Assembly (NCBI GenBank): GCA_027485835.1
Contig: JAIXQG010000002.1
Coordinates: 138,232 to 202,231, forward strand
From: Alphaproteobacteria bacterium
GTDB lineage: Bacteria; Pseudomonadota; Alphaproteobacteria; UBA2136; UBA6156
DNA length: 64,000 nucleotides
Reading direction: 5' to 3'
The translations under genes and the position numbers were made by a program. Positions 1 through 9,506 of this stretch are shown in pieces (the stretch's first letter is position 1; every line of letters begins with the position of its first letter). A model generated the notes under the pieces. It ran no database searches. It was not told the DNA's origin and worked only from the letters and a program-made list of their open reading frames with translations.

Positions 1-198
1 AAAGGCGAGCAACTGGTGCTGTTCACAACTGAGGCTAAGGCGACGAAAGAGGCCTTCCGTACCTTTGCCAAGGCCAAGGGTGCGGCCGAGCTGATGTTCC
101 CGCGTCACCTGAAAATCATCGATAAGCTACCGACGCTGGCGACGGGGAAAGTGAATTATCCCAAGCTGACGGAGATGGCAGACGAGGTTATTAAGTAA
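1..198 (+). CDS. C-terminal fragment of an AMP-dependent synthetase/ligase (acyl-CoA/acyl-ACP synthetase family); 5' end lies outside the window
   Basis: ORF runs in frame from the window edge. The C-terminal motif 'LPTLATGKVNYPKL' is typical of the AMP-binding-enzyme C-terminal domain. A hairpin + T-run terminator follows at ~214-236. Confidence 0.45.
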   Translation, partial: KGEQLVLFTTEAKATKEAFRTFAKAKGAAELMFPRHLKIIDKLPTLATGKVNYPKLTEMADEVIK

Positions 199-213
199 CC
201 TCTCTATGAAGAA

Positions 214-236
214 ACGGCCCTTTGGGGCCGTTTTTG
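214..236 (+). terminator. rho-independent terminator (aaacggccc-tttg-gggccgttt + T-run)
   Basis: GC hairpin followed by tttttgtt immediately after the stop of the upstream + strand CDS. Confidence 0.5.
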
Positions 237-237
237 T

Positions 238-531
238 TCAGGCACATGTGACGAACCATAATGCGAGGAGACACAGTGCTGCGGTGCCGAGGATGAGCCA
301 GACGATACGGTCAACATTCCTTTTCCACTGTTCACTGCGCTCTGGCGATTGCAGATTTTTCCGAAAGAGAAGGATAAAGACCAAAAGGATAGCCGAAACG
401 ACCAAGCGTATATCGGTATTCGTGGTAACTGGCCAAATAAAGGTGGTAACGACGCATCCCAGCAATACAGATACGATGCCATAACGCATCCTATTCCACC
501 CCTTGGGGCTTAAAGGACTGTTGAGATTCAT
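238..531 (-). CDS. small 3-TM membrane protein (97 aa), translationally coupled to hemB
   Basis: Its ATG (531..529) overlaps the hemB stop as TAATG. The product has three hydrophobic helices. The region is visibly AT-richer than hemB. Confidence 0.45.
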   Translation of the reverse strand: MNLNSPLSPKGWNRMRYGIVSVLLGCVVTTFIWPVTTNTDIRLVVSAILLVFILLFRKNLQSPERSEQWKRNVDRIVWLILGTAALCLLALWFVTCA

Positions 532-1508
532 TATTCAGCCAGCCAGCGCGCCACTTTGGGAGCAAAGTAGGTGATGAGGATGTCGGCACCGGCGCGGCGG
601 AGGGAAGTCATGCTTTCCATCACCACGCGCTTTTCATCGAGGGCGCCTTTTTCAAAGGCGTAGCACATCATGCTGTACTCGCCGCTCACTTGGTAGGCCG
701 CCAGCGGCATGTTGGATTGCTGGCGGATGCGGGCGAGGATGTCGAGATAGAACATGCCCGGCTTGACCATCAGGATGTCGGCGCCTTCGGCTTCGTCCAG
801 TTCCGCCTCTATCAGCGCCTCACGGGCGTTAGCAGGGTCCATTTGGTAGGTTTTACGGTCGCCCTTAAGGTCGCACCCCGCGGCGGCACGGAACGGCCCG
901 TAAAGGCCACTGGCAAACTTGCTGGCGTAGGCCATGATGGGGGTATGCTCGAAGCCTTCGGCGTCGAGGCGTTCGCGAATGGCGGCAATCTGGCCGTCCA
1001 TCATGGCGGAGGGCGCGACAATATCGGCCCCCGCGCGGGCGCAGATGTAGGCCTGCTGGGCGAGATTTTCCAAGGTATGGTCGTTATGCACGTGGCCGTC
1101 AGCGGTTAATACGCCGCAGTGGCCGTGGCTGGTGTACTCGCAGAAGCAGTTGTCGGAGATCACATTCATATCCGGACAGGCATCCTTGGCGCGGCGGATC
1201 ATCCGCGCCAGCAGGCCGTCGTCTTTGAGGCTATCCGACCCCGTTTCGTCTTTATGGTGGCTGACGCCGAACAGCAGAATGCTGCGGATACCGGCGGCGT
1301 AGGCCTCCTTCACGGCCTTATCCATGGTTTTTTCCGGATGGCGGAAAATGCCCGGCATGGAGGAAATCGGTGTGTTTTCCGAGATGCCTTCTTCAATGAA
1401 CATCGGGTAGACCAGCTGGCTGGCGTTCAGCTGGGTTTCGCGCACCATGGCGCGCAGGGTTTCGGTGCGGCGCATGCGGCGCGGGCGGTAGGGCAGGTCG
1501 AAGGTCAT
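531..1508 (-). CDS. hemB: porphobilinogen synthase (delta-aminolevulinic acid dehydratase)
   Basis: 325 aa with N-terminus '[20 protein letters not shown]...[10 protein letters not shown]', the classic HemB signature. Its start ATG overlaps the hemA stop (ATGA). Confidence 0.93.
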   Translation of the reverse strand: MTFDLPYRPRRMRRTETLRAMVRETQLNASQLVYPMFIEEGISENTPISSMPGIFRHPEKTMDKAVKEAYAAGIRSILLFGVSHHKDETGSDSLKDDGLLARMIRRAKDACPDMNVISDNCFCEYTSHGHCGVLTADGHVHNDHTLENLAQQAYICARAGADIVAPSAMMDGQIAAIRERLDAEGFEHTPIMAYASKFASGLYGPFRAAAGCDLKGDRKTYQMDPANAREALIEAELDEAEGADILMVKPGMFYLDILARIRQQSNMPLAAYQVSGEYSMMCYAFEKGALDEKRVVMESMTSLRRAGADILITYFAPKVARWLAE

Positions 1509-2728
1509 GAGGCGAGCTTTCGGTTGAGGTTGGATAACTGGATACTGAGCGCTTGCGTCAGCTGCGCGATGTGCGCGGGGGTATGTAGCGGGCCGGGCGT
1601 GAGGCGCAGGCGCTCTTCGCCACGCGGCACGGTGGGGTAATTGATGGGCTGGACGTAGATATCATGCGCGGACAACAGAGCATCCGATAACTGTTTACAC
1701 AGCGCGGCCTGCCCCACGTGCAGCGGCACGATATGGCTGGGCGTTTGCACCACGGGTAAACCGGCATCCGACAGGCTTTTTTTGAGGCGTGTGGCGTTGT
1801 CGTGCAGTTGGGTGCGCAGGTCTTCGTGGGCGCGCACATAACGGATGCTGGCCAATGCCCCCGCCGCGATGCTGGGCGGAATGGCAGTGGTGAAGATGAA
1901 GCCGCCACCAACGCTGCGGATGAAATCGATACACGCCGCGCTGGCGGCAATGTAGCCGCCAATCACGCCAAAGCCCTTAGCTAATGTGCCTTGGATGATA
2001 TCGATACGCTGCGCGAGGCCAAGCTTGGCCGCCACCCCTGCCCCTTGCGGGCCGTAGAGGCCGACGGCATGGACTTCGTCGAGATACGTGAGGGCGCCGT
2101 ATTCTTGGGCGAGGTCGCAGATGGCCTCGATAGGCGCGATATCGCCGTCCATAGAATAAACCGATTCGAAGGCGATGATCTTGGCTTGCTCCTTCGGGTA
2201 CAGCCTCAGCTTGGCTTCCAAATCGGCAAGGCCGTTATGCTGAAACACCTGCTTTTGGGCGCGGCTTTGACGGATGCCTTCAATCATCGAGGCGTGGTTT
2301 TTGGTATCGGAGAAGATGATGCAGTCCTTCAGGTTTTGGCCCAACGCCCCCAATGTGGTGGTGTTGGCCAAGTAGCCGCAGCCGAACAACAGGGCGGCCT
2401 CTTTGCTGTGGAGGTCGGCTAGCTCGGCCTCCAGCTCCACATGAAGAGGTGTGGTGCCGGAGATATTGCGCGTGCCCCCTGCCCCCGCGCCAAAGGCGTG
2501 CAAGGCCTGCTGCATAGCTTGCAGCACCACGGGGTGGCGGCCCATGCCAAGGTAATCGTTGCTGCACCACACGGTGACGTGGGCGGGCGCGGTTTGAGAG
2601 GCTTCTGGCAGGCCATGGAACGCCATGGGCGGCAGAGCCATATCGCGCTGCATGGGGTGGAAATAGCGGTAGCGGCCTTCGTTCTGGATCTGCTCCAGTT
2701 TATCGGCAAAAAACGTCTCGTAATTCAT
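1505..2728 (-). CDS. hemA: 5-aminolevulinate synthase (ALAS, PLP-dependent alpha-oxoamine synthase)
   Basis: Start chosen at [23 protein letters not shown] (ALAS N-terminal signature). PLP-transferase family motifs run throughout. ALAS-type hemA is characteristic of Alphaproteobacteria. Confidence 0.88.
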   Translation of the reverse strand: MNYETFFADKLEQIQNEGRYRYFHPMQRDMALPPMAFHGLPEASQTAPAHVTVWCSNDYLGMGRHPVVLQAMQQALHAFGAGAGGTRNISGTTPLHVELEAELADLHSKEAALLFGCGYLANTTTLGALGQNLKDCIIFSDTKNHASMIEGIRQSRAQKQVFQHNGLADLEAKLRLYPKEQAKIIAFESVYSMDGDIAPIEAICDLAQEYGALTYLDEVHAVGLYGPQGAGVAAKLGLAQRIDIIQGTLAKGFGVIGGYIAASAACIDFIRSVGGGFIFTTAIPPSIAAGALASIRYVRAHEDLRTQLHDNATRLKKSLSDAGLPVVQTPSHIVPLHVGQAALCKQLSDALLSAHDIYVQPINYPTVPRGEERLRLTPGPLHTPAHIAQLTQALSIQLSNLNRKLAS

Positions 2729-2871
2729 CGTCGGCTTGTTATTTTTCACATCTCTTGGCAACGGCCCCAGCGTAGGAGTCTTTACGGGTGCCCACAATGC
2801 GAAAAACCTTTGCCCGCTTAAGGTGTAATCAGAATAGGGAATTATTCAGAATTCCGCTTGATCTTCATCAC

Positions 2872-2895
2872 ACAAAAACGGCCCCGAAGGGCCGC
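2872..2895 (-). terminator. rho-independent terminator downstream of rplQ
   Basis: Minus-strand reading gcggccc-ttcg-gggccgt followed by ttttgtg directly after the rplQ stop. Confidence 0.55.
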
Positions 2896-2914
2896 TTTTG
2901 GAGAATTCGTCGGA

Positions 2915-3277
2915 CTATTCCGGCAAGCGGGTCAGTTGGATGACGGCCATATCGGCAGCGTCGCCCTGACGGAAGCCAGCCTTCATCACGCGGGTGTAAC
3001 CACCGTTAACGCCAACAAAACGCGGAGCCACTTCTTCGAACAGCTTCTTCAGCAGAACCGGGTTGGTGATGTCCTTAGCTACATCGCGGCGGTTGGCGAC
3101 AGTGTCGACACGGGCCTTGGTGATGAGGGGTTCGATCACGCGACGGAGATCCTTCGCCTTGGGCAAGGTGGTCTTGATGGTGCCGTGCTCGATGATGTTC
3201 ATGGCCAAGCCGCGCAGCAAGGCTTTGCGGGCCGTGGTGTCGCGGCCGAAGTGACGGTGGGATACGCCGTGAGTCAT
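2915..3277 (-). CDS. rplQ: 50S ribosomal protein L17
   Basis: 120 aa with 'HRHFGRDTTARKALLRGLA...KTTLPKAKDLRRV', a bL17 match. An SD (caggagt) precedes the ATG. Confidence 0.95.
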   Translation of the reverse strand: MTHGVSHRHFGRDTTARKALLRGLAMNIIEHGTIKTTLPKAKDLRRVIEPLITKARVDTVANRRDVAKDITNPVLLKKLFEEVAPRFVGVNGGYTRVMKAGFRQGDAADMAVIQLTRLPE

Positions 3278-3367
3278 GGGTATTACTCCTGAATTCTCTA
3301 ATTACTTGGGGCTATATGGGGGGATTTGGCGGGAGTGTCAAGGATTTTTGGTATTAAAATATAAAGC

Positions 3368-3395
3368 TTGACTTAAGGTATACAATAAATATTAT
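3368..3395 (+). promoter_or_regulatory. sigma-70-like promoter (TTGACT-N16-TATTAT) for the inserted membrane-protein gene
   Basis: Read directly from sequence: ttgact at 3368-3373 and tattat at 3390-3395. An SD (acggaga) precedes the ATG at 3432. Confidence 0.4.
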
Positions 3396-3431
3396 CCCAA
3401 CACACATTGACGTGCAAAACGGAGAAACATC

Positions 3432-3827
3432 ATGCAGGTTATTGTTATTCTTCTGATCGGTTGCCTTATATTCAACCTTTTTTGGGGTAGAATTCTGTTA
3501 GCCTTGATGGAATCGCTATCTGATTCTCCGATTCCATACTACCGCACCATCGCACTATCCTCAGTTATTTACATTGGTGCTGTCTTCTATATCCTCGGTA
3601 TCGAAGACTATCACTATTATTACAAGGAAAAAATAATGCCTGTTTTCTTTGTCTTAACGATCTTCGGGCTTTTAGTTTTCACATTCAGAAGACTGATCGC
3701 CCGCTATGCAAGATTAAGTAACGAACACGCTATCATAAACTCACGGTCGGCGATTTATGTCTCGGCAATATGGATCAGTCTTTCTATCTATGTTTTTTGG
3801 TATGAGAACTTGAAAGACTTCATATAA
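3432..3827 (+). CDS. hypothetical 4-TM membrane protein (131 aa), low-GC inserted gene
   Basis: Complete ORF with its own promoter, SD and a downstream bidirectional terminator. Composition is strongly AT-skewed relative to its neighbours. It sits between rpoA and rplQ, which are normally adjacent. Confidence 0.6.
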   Translation: MQVIVILLIGCLIFNLFWGRILLALMESLSDSPIPYYRTIALSSVIYIGAVFYILGIEDYHYYYKEKIMPVFFVLTIFGLLVFTFRRLIARYARLSNEHAIINSRSAIYVSAIWISLSIYVFWYENLKDFI

Positions 3828-3845
3828 AAAACCACGCACAAAAAA

Positions 3846-3870
3846 GGAGCTTTCGCAGCTCCTTTTTTAT
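3846..3870. terminator. bidirectional rho-independent terminator (aaaaaaggagc-tttcgc-agctcctttttt)
   Basis: Perfect hairpin flanked by an A-run on one side and a T-run on the other. It terminates both the + strand insert gene and the - strand rpoA. Confidence 0.65.
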
Positions 3871-3880
3871 TTAACTTTAC

Positions 3881-4897
3881 TTAGAAAGTCTTGTCGAGAC
3901 GACGTGCGAGGTCTTCGATGTTTTCCGGCGGCCAGCTTTCGAGACGCATACCGAGGCCCAGACCCATTTGACCGAGAACGTCTTTGATCTCGTTGAGGGA
4001 CTTACGGCCGAAGTTCGGGGTCTTCAGCATTTCACTTTCGGACTTCTGCACCAGGTCGCCAATGTAAACGATGTTTTCGTTCTTCAGGCAGTTGGCGGAA
4101 CGGACGGACAGTTCCAGCTCGTCCACCTTCATCAGCAGGTGCGGGTTGATGTCGATCACGTCATCGCGGCGGCCAGCGTCGTCGGCGATGTCTTCGAAGT
4201 TAATGAAGACGCCGAGTTGGTCTTGCAGAATGCGGGCGGAGAAGGCCAAAGCGTCTTCCGGAGCCACTACACCGTTGGATTCGATTTCCATGACCAGCTT
4301 GTCGTAGTCGGTGATCTGACCCACGCGGGCGTCGGAGACCTTGAAGCTGACGCGACGGATCGGGCTGTAGATGGCGTCGATCAGGATGGAACCCGGTTGG
4401 CGCTCTTCGCTCTTGCGGTCGGCAGCCGGAGAGTAACCCTTGCCGGTACCTACGGTCAGCTCGATGCGCAGTTCGCCCTTTTCAGCCAAAGTGGCGATCA
4501 GGTGGTTCGGATCGATGATTTCGATATCGTGGGTGGTTTCAATATCGGCAGCAGTGACCGGACCGGCACCCTTCTTGTGCAGGGTTACGGTTTTCGCCTC
4601 GGTGGCGTGGCTGCGGATAGCCATGGCCTTGAGGTTGAGAATGATTTCCGTCACGTCTTCCATCACGCCCGGCAGGGTGGTGAACTCGTGCACAGCGCCA
4701 TCGATCTTGATGGAGGTGATAGCGGAGCCTTGCAGGCTGGAGAGCAGTACACGGCGCAGAGCGTTACCGAGGGTGTGGCCGAAACCGCGCTCGAGCGGCT
4801 CGATGGTGAAGGTGGCAAATTTCTTCGGATCAGTACCAGCGCTCATACCTACCTTGGTGGGTTTGATGAGCTCTTTCCAGTTGGCTTGAATCTGCAT
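3881..4897 (-). CDS. rpoA: DNA-directed RNA polymerase subunit alpha
   Basis: 338 aa with '[16 protein letters not shown]...[43 protein letters not shown]', conserved RpoA NTD and CTD. Confidence 0.97.
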   Translation of the reverse strand: MQIQANWKELIKPTKVGMSAGTDPKKFATFTIEPLERGFGHTLGNALRRVLLSSLQGSAITSIKIDGAVHEFTTLPGVMEDVTEIILNLKAMAIRSHATEAKTVTLHKKGAGPVTAADIETTHDIEIIDPNHLIATLAEKGELRIELTVGTGKGYSPAADRKSEERQPGSILIDAIYSPIRRVSFKVSDARVGQITDYDKLVMEIESNGVVAPEDALAFSARILQDQLGVFINFEDIADDAGRRDDVIDINPHLLMKVDELELSVRSANCLKNENIVYIGDLVQKSESEMLKTPNFGRKSLNEIKDVLGQMGLGLGMRLESWPPENIEDLARRLDKTF

Positions 4898-4995
4898 GGG
4901 GTATCGCCTTCCTTAGCCTTTTTATATGAATCTTTTGCACCGAAATCTACGTGGTTAGGGCCGTCGGTGCAAGCGGCCCTAACTACGGTCAACCT

Positions 4996-5406
4996 TTAAA
5001 CGCGGCGGCGCTTACGGGGTTGGCAACCGTTGTGCGGGATGGAGGTCACATCGCGGATGGTCACAATCTCAAAACCTTGAGCTTGCAGACCACGCAGTGC
5101 GCTTTCGCGGCCGGAGCCGGGACCACGCAGCAGCACGTCGAGAACGCGCACGCCGTGCTCCTTAGCGGAACGGGCGGCACCTTCAGCGGCCAGCTGAGCA
5201 GCAAACGGGGTGCCCTTGCGGGAGCCCTTGAAACCAGCCTGACCGGCAGAGGACCACGCAATGGCGTTACCCTGAGCATCGGTGATGGTCACGATGGTGT
5301 TGTTGAAGCTGCTGTAAATGTGAGCGGTTGCCGAAGAAATATTCTTACGGTCTTTACGCTTGGTGGGACGGGCGGACGAAGCGCCCTTCTTTTGCGGAGT
5401 AGCCAT
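4996..5406 (-). CDS. rpsK: 30S ribosomal protein S11
   Basis: 136 aa uS11 signature ([18 protein letters not shown]...[14 protein letters not shown]). Confidence 0.97.
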   Translation of the reverse strand: MATPQKKGASSARPTKRKDRKNISSATAHIYSSFNNTIVTITDAQGNAIAWSSAGQAGFKGSRKGTPFAAQLAAEGAARSAKEHGVRVLDVLLRGPGSGRESALRGLQAQGFEIVTIRDVTSIPHNGCQPRKRRRV

Positions 5407-5431
5407 GATTCTGTGTCCTTACCTTCTTGGC

Positions 5432-5803
5432 TTACTTCTTCTTACCCGCAACGCCAGCTTTACGCGGGCCCTTACGAGTACGTGCGTTGTGGCGGGTGCT
5501 TTGACCACGGACCGGCAGACCCTTACGGTGACGCAGACCACGGTAGCAACCAAGGTCCATCAGACGCTTGATGTTGAGGCTTACCTGACGACGCAGGTCA
5601 CCTTCTACGATAAAGCTGGCGTCGATCACGTTACGGATACGACTGACTTCATCGTCGCTCAGGGTGTTGACGCGACGGGTCGGTTCAACTTGAGCTGCTT
5701 CTAGAATTTTATATGTGTTTGCCGGACCAACGCCATAGATATAGGTGAGAGCCACCCATACTTGCTTGTCAGTCGGAATATTAACACCCGCGATACGTGC
5801 CAC
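5432..5803 (-). CDS. rpsM: 30S ribosomal protein S13
   Basis: 123 aa with '[26 protein letters not shown]', uS13. Confidence 0.97.
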   Translation of the reverse strand: MARIAGVNIPTDKQVWVALTYIYGVGPANTYKILEAAQVEPTRRVNTLSDDEVSRIRNVIDASFIVEGDLRRQVSLNIKRLMDLGCYRGLRHRKGLPVRGQSTRHNARTRKGPRKAGVAGKKK

Positions 5804-5890
5804 GAGCTACACTCCTACTTTGAAATTAACTTGAAACTGATGCGACACTGTGCCGCACGCAGCCGACCAACTCAGGCAAGCCAACAAGGC

Positions 5891-6058
5891 TTATGCCTGG
5901 GTAACGCTGTAACGACCGGTCTTACCGTTCTTACGCTTGTCGCGCATGACGATACGAATACGGCCCAGGAACTTACCGGCCTTGTTACGGGTACGACGTA
6001 CCACTTGCAGTTTACGGTCGCGCACTTTTTCAGCGCGGATGGACGAGGCGTAACGCAT
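5891..6058 (-). CDS. 55-aa very basic protein in the rpmJ (bL36) syntenic position; possible divergent Cys-less bL36-like ribosomal protein
   Basis: Not in the ORF track (<60 aa). Translated manually: MRYASSIRAEKVRDRKLQVVRRTRNKAGKFLGRIRIVMRDKRKNGKTGRYSVTQA. An SD (aaggaag) precedes the ATG. Codon usage is CGT-rich like the neighbouring r-protein genes. It shows weak pattern similarity to bL36 (MKVRxSVK...RRGR...). Confidence 0.4.
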   Translation of the reverse strand: MRYASSIRAEKVRDRKLQVVRRTRNKAGKFLGRIRIVMRDKRKNGKTGRYSVTQA

Positions 6059-6244
6059 CTTCAATTACTTCCTTACACTAGAGGGTCAGAGGGGGCATTA
6101 ACAGGTAAAAAACATCTTGGCAAGTATAAAAATCATCTTACCCGTGTGGCTTTTTGCCCCTGCTGGTACCAGCTTCCTCAAACCTCTCGGTTTAACTCTT
6201 GAATTTGCGGTGAAACGGTTGATTCACCACACGACATTGCTGCC

Positions 6245-6505
6245 TTATTTTTTGGCGGGAGGAGTAGCCGGCGCGCCGAGCGACGGTTCCTTTTTACGAT
6301 ACGTAATACGACCCTTGGTGAGGTCATACGGAGTCATTTCCACGGTTACCTTGTCGCCTTCCAGAATACGGATGTTATTCTGGCGCATTTTACCGGAAAT
6401 GTGGCACAGCACAGTCGGGCCGTTTTCCAGTTTAACGCGGAACAAAGTATTGGGCAGCGACTCGGTCACTACACCTTCGAATTCGATTACATCATCTTTA
6501 GCCAT
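6245..6505 (-). CDS. infA: translation initiation factor IF-1 with a short Pro/Ala/Lys-rich C-terminal extension
   Basis: The '[29 protein letters not shown]...[32 protein letters not shown]' S1-like IF-1 core, plus a '[15 protein letters not shown]' tail. Confidence 0.9.
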   Translation of the reverse strand: MAKDDVIEFEGVVTESLPNTLFRVKLENGPTVLCHISGKMRQNNIRILEGDKVTVEMTPYDLTKGRITYRKKEPSLGAPATPPAKK

Positions 6506-6522
6506 GGCGCGGGTTTAACGCA

Positions 6523-6558
6523 GTTTTCCGCATAAAGCAAGGGGCCTTAGGGCCCCCT
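6523..6558 (-). terminator. hairpin (aagggggcc-ctaa-ggcccctt) between adk and infA; attenuator or weak terminator
   Basis: Strong GC hairpin, but the downstream T-run is poor. Confidence 0.3.
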
Positions 6559-6573
6559 TGTTGAAGCGAAGCT

Positions 6574-7221
6574 CTATTTAGCCCCGAGAAGTTGCAGAAT
6601 ATGCTGATAGACATCCTCGATATTGGCCATGCCATCGAGTGTCACCAAGCGCTGCTGGGCCAAGTAATAGCCCAATACCGGCGCAGTCTGCTGGTTGTAG
6701 ACATCCAGACGGTGACGCACCACGTCCGGCTTGTCGTCGTCGCGCTGGATCAGCTTCTCGCCGGATTCATCGCAAATCCCAGCCACTTTCGGGGGGTTGA
6801 AGTCCTTGTGATAGACCTTCTTGCTCTTCGGCGCGTACAAGCGTCCTGCACGGCGCTCAATCAGCGCCTCGTCGTCCACTTTCAGCTCAATTACCTTGTC
6901 TAACTTCAAATGATGGTTCTGTAGCCATACATCCAGCGCCTCAGCCTGCGCCACAGTACGTGGGTAGCCATCTAGAATCACGCCGTTCTGGCAGTCCGGA
7001 TCTTCCAAACGCTCGAACACCAGTCGGTTAACCAGCTCGTCGTTGACGAGATCGCCCGCTTCCATCACCGACTTCACTTCAACACCCACCGGCGTTTCGG
7101 CGGCAATCGCAGCGCGGAACATATCGCCGGTACTTAGCGCGGGAATACCGAACTTTTCCATCAACTTGGCAGACTGGGTCCCCTTGCCGGCGCCGGGGGG
7201 GCCGAACAGAACAATAATCAT
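6574..7221 (-). CDS. adk: adenylate kinase
   Basis: N-terminal P-loop 'GPPGAGKGTQ' followed by conserved Adk motifs. Confidence 0.95.
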   Translation of the reverse strand: MIIVLFGPPGAGKGTQSAKLMEKFGIPALSTGDMFRAAIAAETPVGVEVKSVMEAGDLVNDELVNRLVFERLEDPDCQNGVILDGYPRTVAQAEALDVWLQNHHLKLDKVIELKVDDEALIERRAGRLYAPKSKKVYHKDFNPPKVAGICDESGEKLIQRDDDKPDVVRHRLDVYNQQTAPVLGYYLAQQRLVTLDGMANIEDVYQHILQLLGAK

Positions 7222-7266
7222 AATGCGTCCTTAGTCCTTAATCGCTTGTTCTTATGTTATTTTTGC

Positions 7267-8646
7267 CTAGGATTTCCTGACGGGCGTGCGGATAAGACCA
7301 CCTTTGCCGCCCTTCATGCTGGTTTTCTTCAGCAGGCTTTCGTATTTCTGGGCAATCAGGGCCGATTGGATGCGGGAGACCGTATCGATCGTCACGCTCA
7401 CCATAATCAGCAGCGAGGTACCACCGATATAGAACGGCAGCGTCGCGTCGCGGTGAAGGATATCCGGCACGGCACAGATAAACGCCAGATACAGTGCGCC
7501 AATGGCGGTCAGGCGGGTTGCCACGCCATCCAGATAGCTGGCGGTGCTGGCACCGGGGCGGATACCGGGGATGAAGGCGCCGGACTTTTTGAGGTTGTCG
7601 GCCGTTTCTTCCGAGTTAAATGCTACGGTGGCCACATAGAAGAACGCGAAGAAGATAATCATGGCCACAAACAACGCCAGATACAGCGGTTTACCAGGAG
7701 TGAGCCATGCACCAATGAACTGCGCCCATGCCGACTCCGGCGCGTACGAGGACATCGTGACAGGCACCATCAACAGCGCACTGGCAAAAATGGGCGGAAT
7801 CACACCGGCAAGGTTCAGCTTGAGCGGCAGGTGGTTATTGTCGCCTGCGGTTGCCCCAAACATACCCTGACGCTTGGGATATTGAATGGCGATACGGCGG
7901 GTGGCGGTTTCCATAAAGGTAATGAAGAAGATGGCCGCAACCGCACCGATGGCGATGACAAACACCAGCAATTCGGAAATGGAACCTGTGCGGGCGAGTT
8001 CGAAGATCTGGAACACTGAGGCGGGCATAGTGGCGACGATACCGGCGAAAATCAGCAGCGAAATGCCGTTACCGATACCGCGGACGTTGATTTGCTCGCC
8101 CAACCACATAAGGAACATGGTGCCGGTGGTGATGGTAAGTGCGGTTTGCAACTGGAAGGCCAGACCGGGGTTGGTGACGAGGTTCATCACTTCGCCATTC
8201 ACAATTGCTGTTTGGTATTGAATGCCGGAAGCCAGACCAAAACCTTGCACAAAAGCAAGCACTACGGTGAGGTATCTCGTGTACTGGTTGATCTTACGAC
8301 GACCAACTTCACCTTCCTTTTTCAGCTCACTCAGCGTGGCCGAGGTTGAGGTAAGAAGCTGGATGATAATGCTGGCAGTGATGTAAGGCATGATATTGAG
8401 CGCGAACACGGCCATGCGCGAAAACGCCCCGCCGGAGAACATGTTGAACAGACCGAACAGGCCGTTTTGCAGGTTCTGCTGATAGCTGGCCAGAACAGTG
8501 ACATCGACACCCGGCAGAGGGATGTGCGTACCGAGACGGTAAATGATGAATGCAAACAGCACAAACAGGATGCGGGTGTGCAAACCTTTGGCTTTGGTGA
8601 GAAGTTCGGCGACTTCCGATTGGGAACCGAGACCGAATTGAGCCAT
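7267..8646 (-). CDS. secY: preprotein translocase subunit SecY
   Basis: 459 aa multi-TM protein with SecY motifs (GIxPYIxASII, etc.). Confidence 0.97.
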   Translation of the reverse strand: MAQFGLGSQSEVAELLTKAKGLHTRILFVLFAFIIYRLGTHIPLPGVDVTVLASYQQNLQNGLFGLFNMFSGGAFSRMAVFALNIMPYITASIIIQLLTSTSATLSELKKEGEVGRRKINQYTRYLTVVLAFVQGFGLASGIQYQTAIVNGEVMNLVTNPGLAFQLQTALTITTGTMFLMWLGEQINVRGIGNGISLLIFAGIVATMPASVFQIFELARTGSISELLVFVIAIGAVAAIFFITFMETATRRIAIQYPKRQGMFGATAGDNNHLPLKLNLAGVIPPIFASALLMVPVTMSSYAPESAWAQFIGAWLTPGKPLYLALFVAMIIFFAFFYVATVAFNSEETADNLKKSGAFIPGIRPGASTASYLDGVATRLTAIGALYLAFICAVPDILHRDATLPFYIGGTSLLIMVSVTIDTVSRIQSALIAQKYESLLKKTSMKGGKGGLIRTPVRKS

Positions 8647-8774
8647 GAAACGATAATTCTCCTAACTAAAAATACTTTCCCCTTTTACGCGAAAGGCTTG
8701 GCTACCGCAAGGTTAGTTAGCTGTTTAAGTGGCGCGCGGGTGGTGGAAATTGCGGCACTACCGGCCATAATAGG

Positions 8775-8812
8775 TAGGATAAATAACGAAACGGCGCCAC
8801 GCGGGCGCCGTT
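8775..8812 (-). terminator. hairpin (ggcgcc-cgcgt-ggcgcc) + T-rich tail downstream of the inserted ORF189
   Basis: Minus-strand reading acggcgcccgcgtggcgccgtttcgttattt. Confidence 0.4.
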
Positions 8813-8832
8813 GTTGTTCGCTTCTTAGTTTA

Positions 8833-9402
8833 CTAATGGAGAGGGTCCAGCAAAATAGGCCCCTTCTCGCCCGAGAGGATATCCACAGCTTTTGTGCTAA
8901 ATCCAAACGGATGCCCGACCGCCAAGCTACGTATGAGGGTAAGAGCCTTCGCAAGATACGGATACTCGCGATGATAACTTACTATTAAGTCCTGAATGTC
9001 CGGCGCGACTTTTGATGGATCAGGGAACCGATACACCGCCATAATGGTTGCAAACCAATGCTCCGCTACCTCCGATGACACCGTTTCATATCTCTTCAGC
9101 AACGCGACATTGTCCCGGTAACGATAGATATGCGGCAGATTGGGATAGTCCTCCGGAACAACGTCCGGCTGCCGAAGCCGCCGCGCAAAGGCGTCGTACC
9201 CTTGCCACATAATGCTTTCTTCGCAGAATTTAAATACCGCAGGCGTATCATCCTTCATAAAAATACGGGCAGAGCCCGGTACATGCGCCTGATACCAGCC
9301 ATGGTCTGCTAGAATTCTCCGAAAGGCTTCAGGCGTTTCTTCGCGATACTTATCAAACAGGCTGAGCGCCTGCCATTTCGGAATTTCGGCACGTACAAAC
9401 AT
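8833..9402 (-). CDS. hypothetical cytoplasmic protein (189 aa, aromatic-rich) inserted between rplO and secY
   Basis: Complete ORF in operon orientation. A rho-independent terminator lies upstream and a hairpin downstream. Composition is lower-GC than the flanking r-protein genes. No family recognised. Confidence 0.55.
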   Translation of the reverse strand: MFVRAEIPKWQALSLFDKYREETPEAFRRILADHGWYQAHVPGSARIFMKDDTPAVFKFCEESIMWQGYDAFARRLRQPDVVPEDYPNLPHIYRYRDNVALLKRYETVSSEVAEHWFATIMAVYRFPDPSKVAPDIQDLIVSYHREYPYLAKALTLIRSLAVGHPFGFSTKAVDILSGEKGPILLDPLH

Positions 9403-9454
9403 GCGCTACCCTTTTGAAAACGTTCCTCGTAGACCTTGCTTATCCTTCATTTGA

Positions 9455-9490
9455 AACAAAAAAACAAGCCCCGGTGTACCGGGGCTTGTT
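9455..9490 (-). terminator. rho-independent terminator right after rplO (caagccccgg-taca-ccggggcttg + T7)
   Basis: Perfect 10-bp stem followed by ttttttt on the minus strand. Unexpected inside the spc operon. Confidence 0.6.
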
Positions 9491-9506
9491 GAAAGCAAAG
9501 GGCTAA

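Noticed and set aside
5762-6202. 146-aa plus-strand ORF between rpsM and infA
   Set aside because: Antisense to the 55-aa basic protein and to intergenic DNA. No SD. The minus-strand small ORF has r-protein-like codon usage and an SD.
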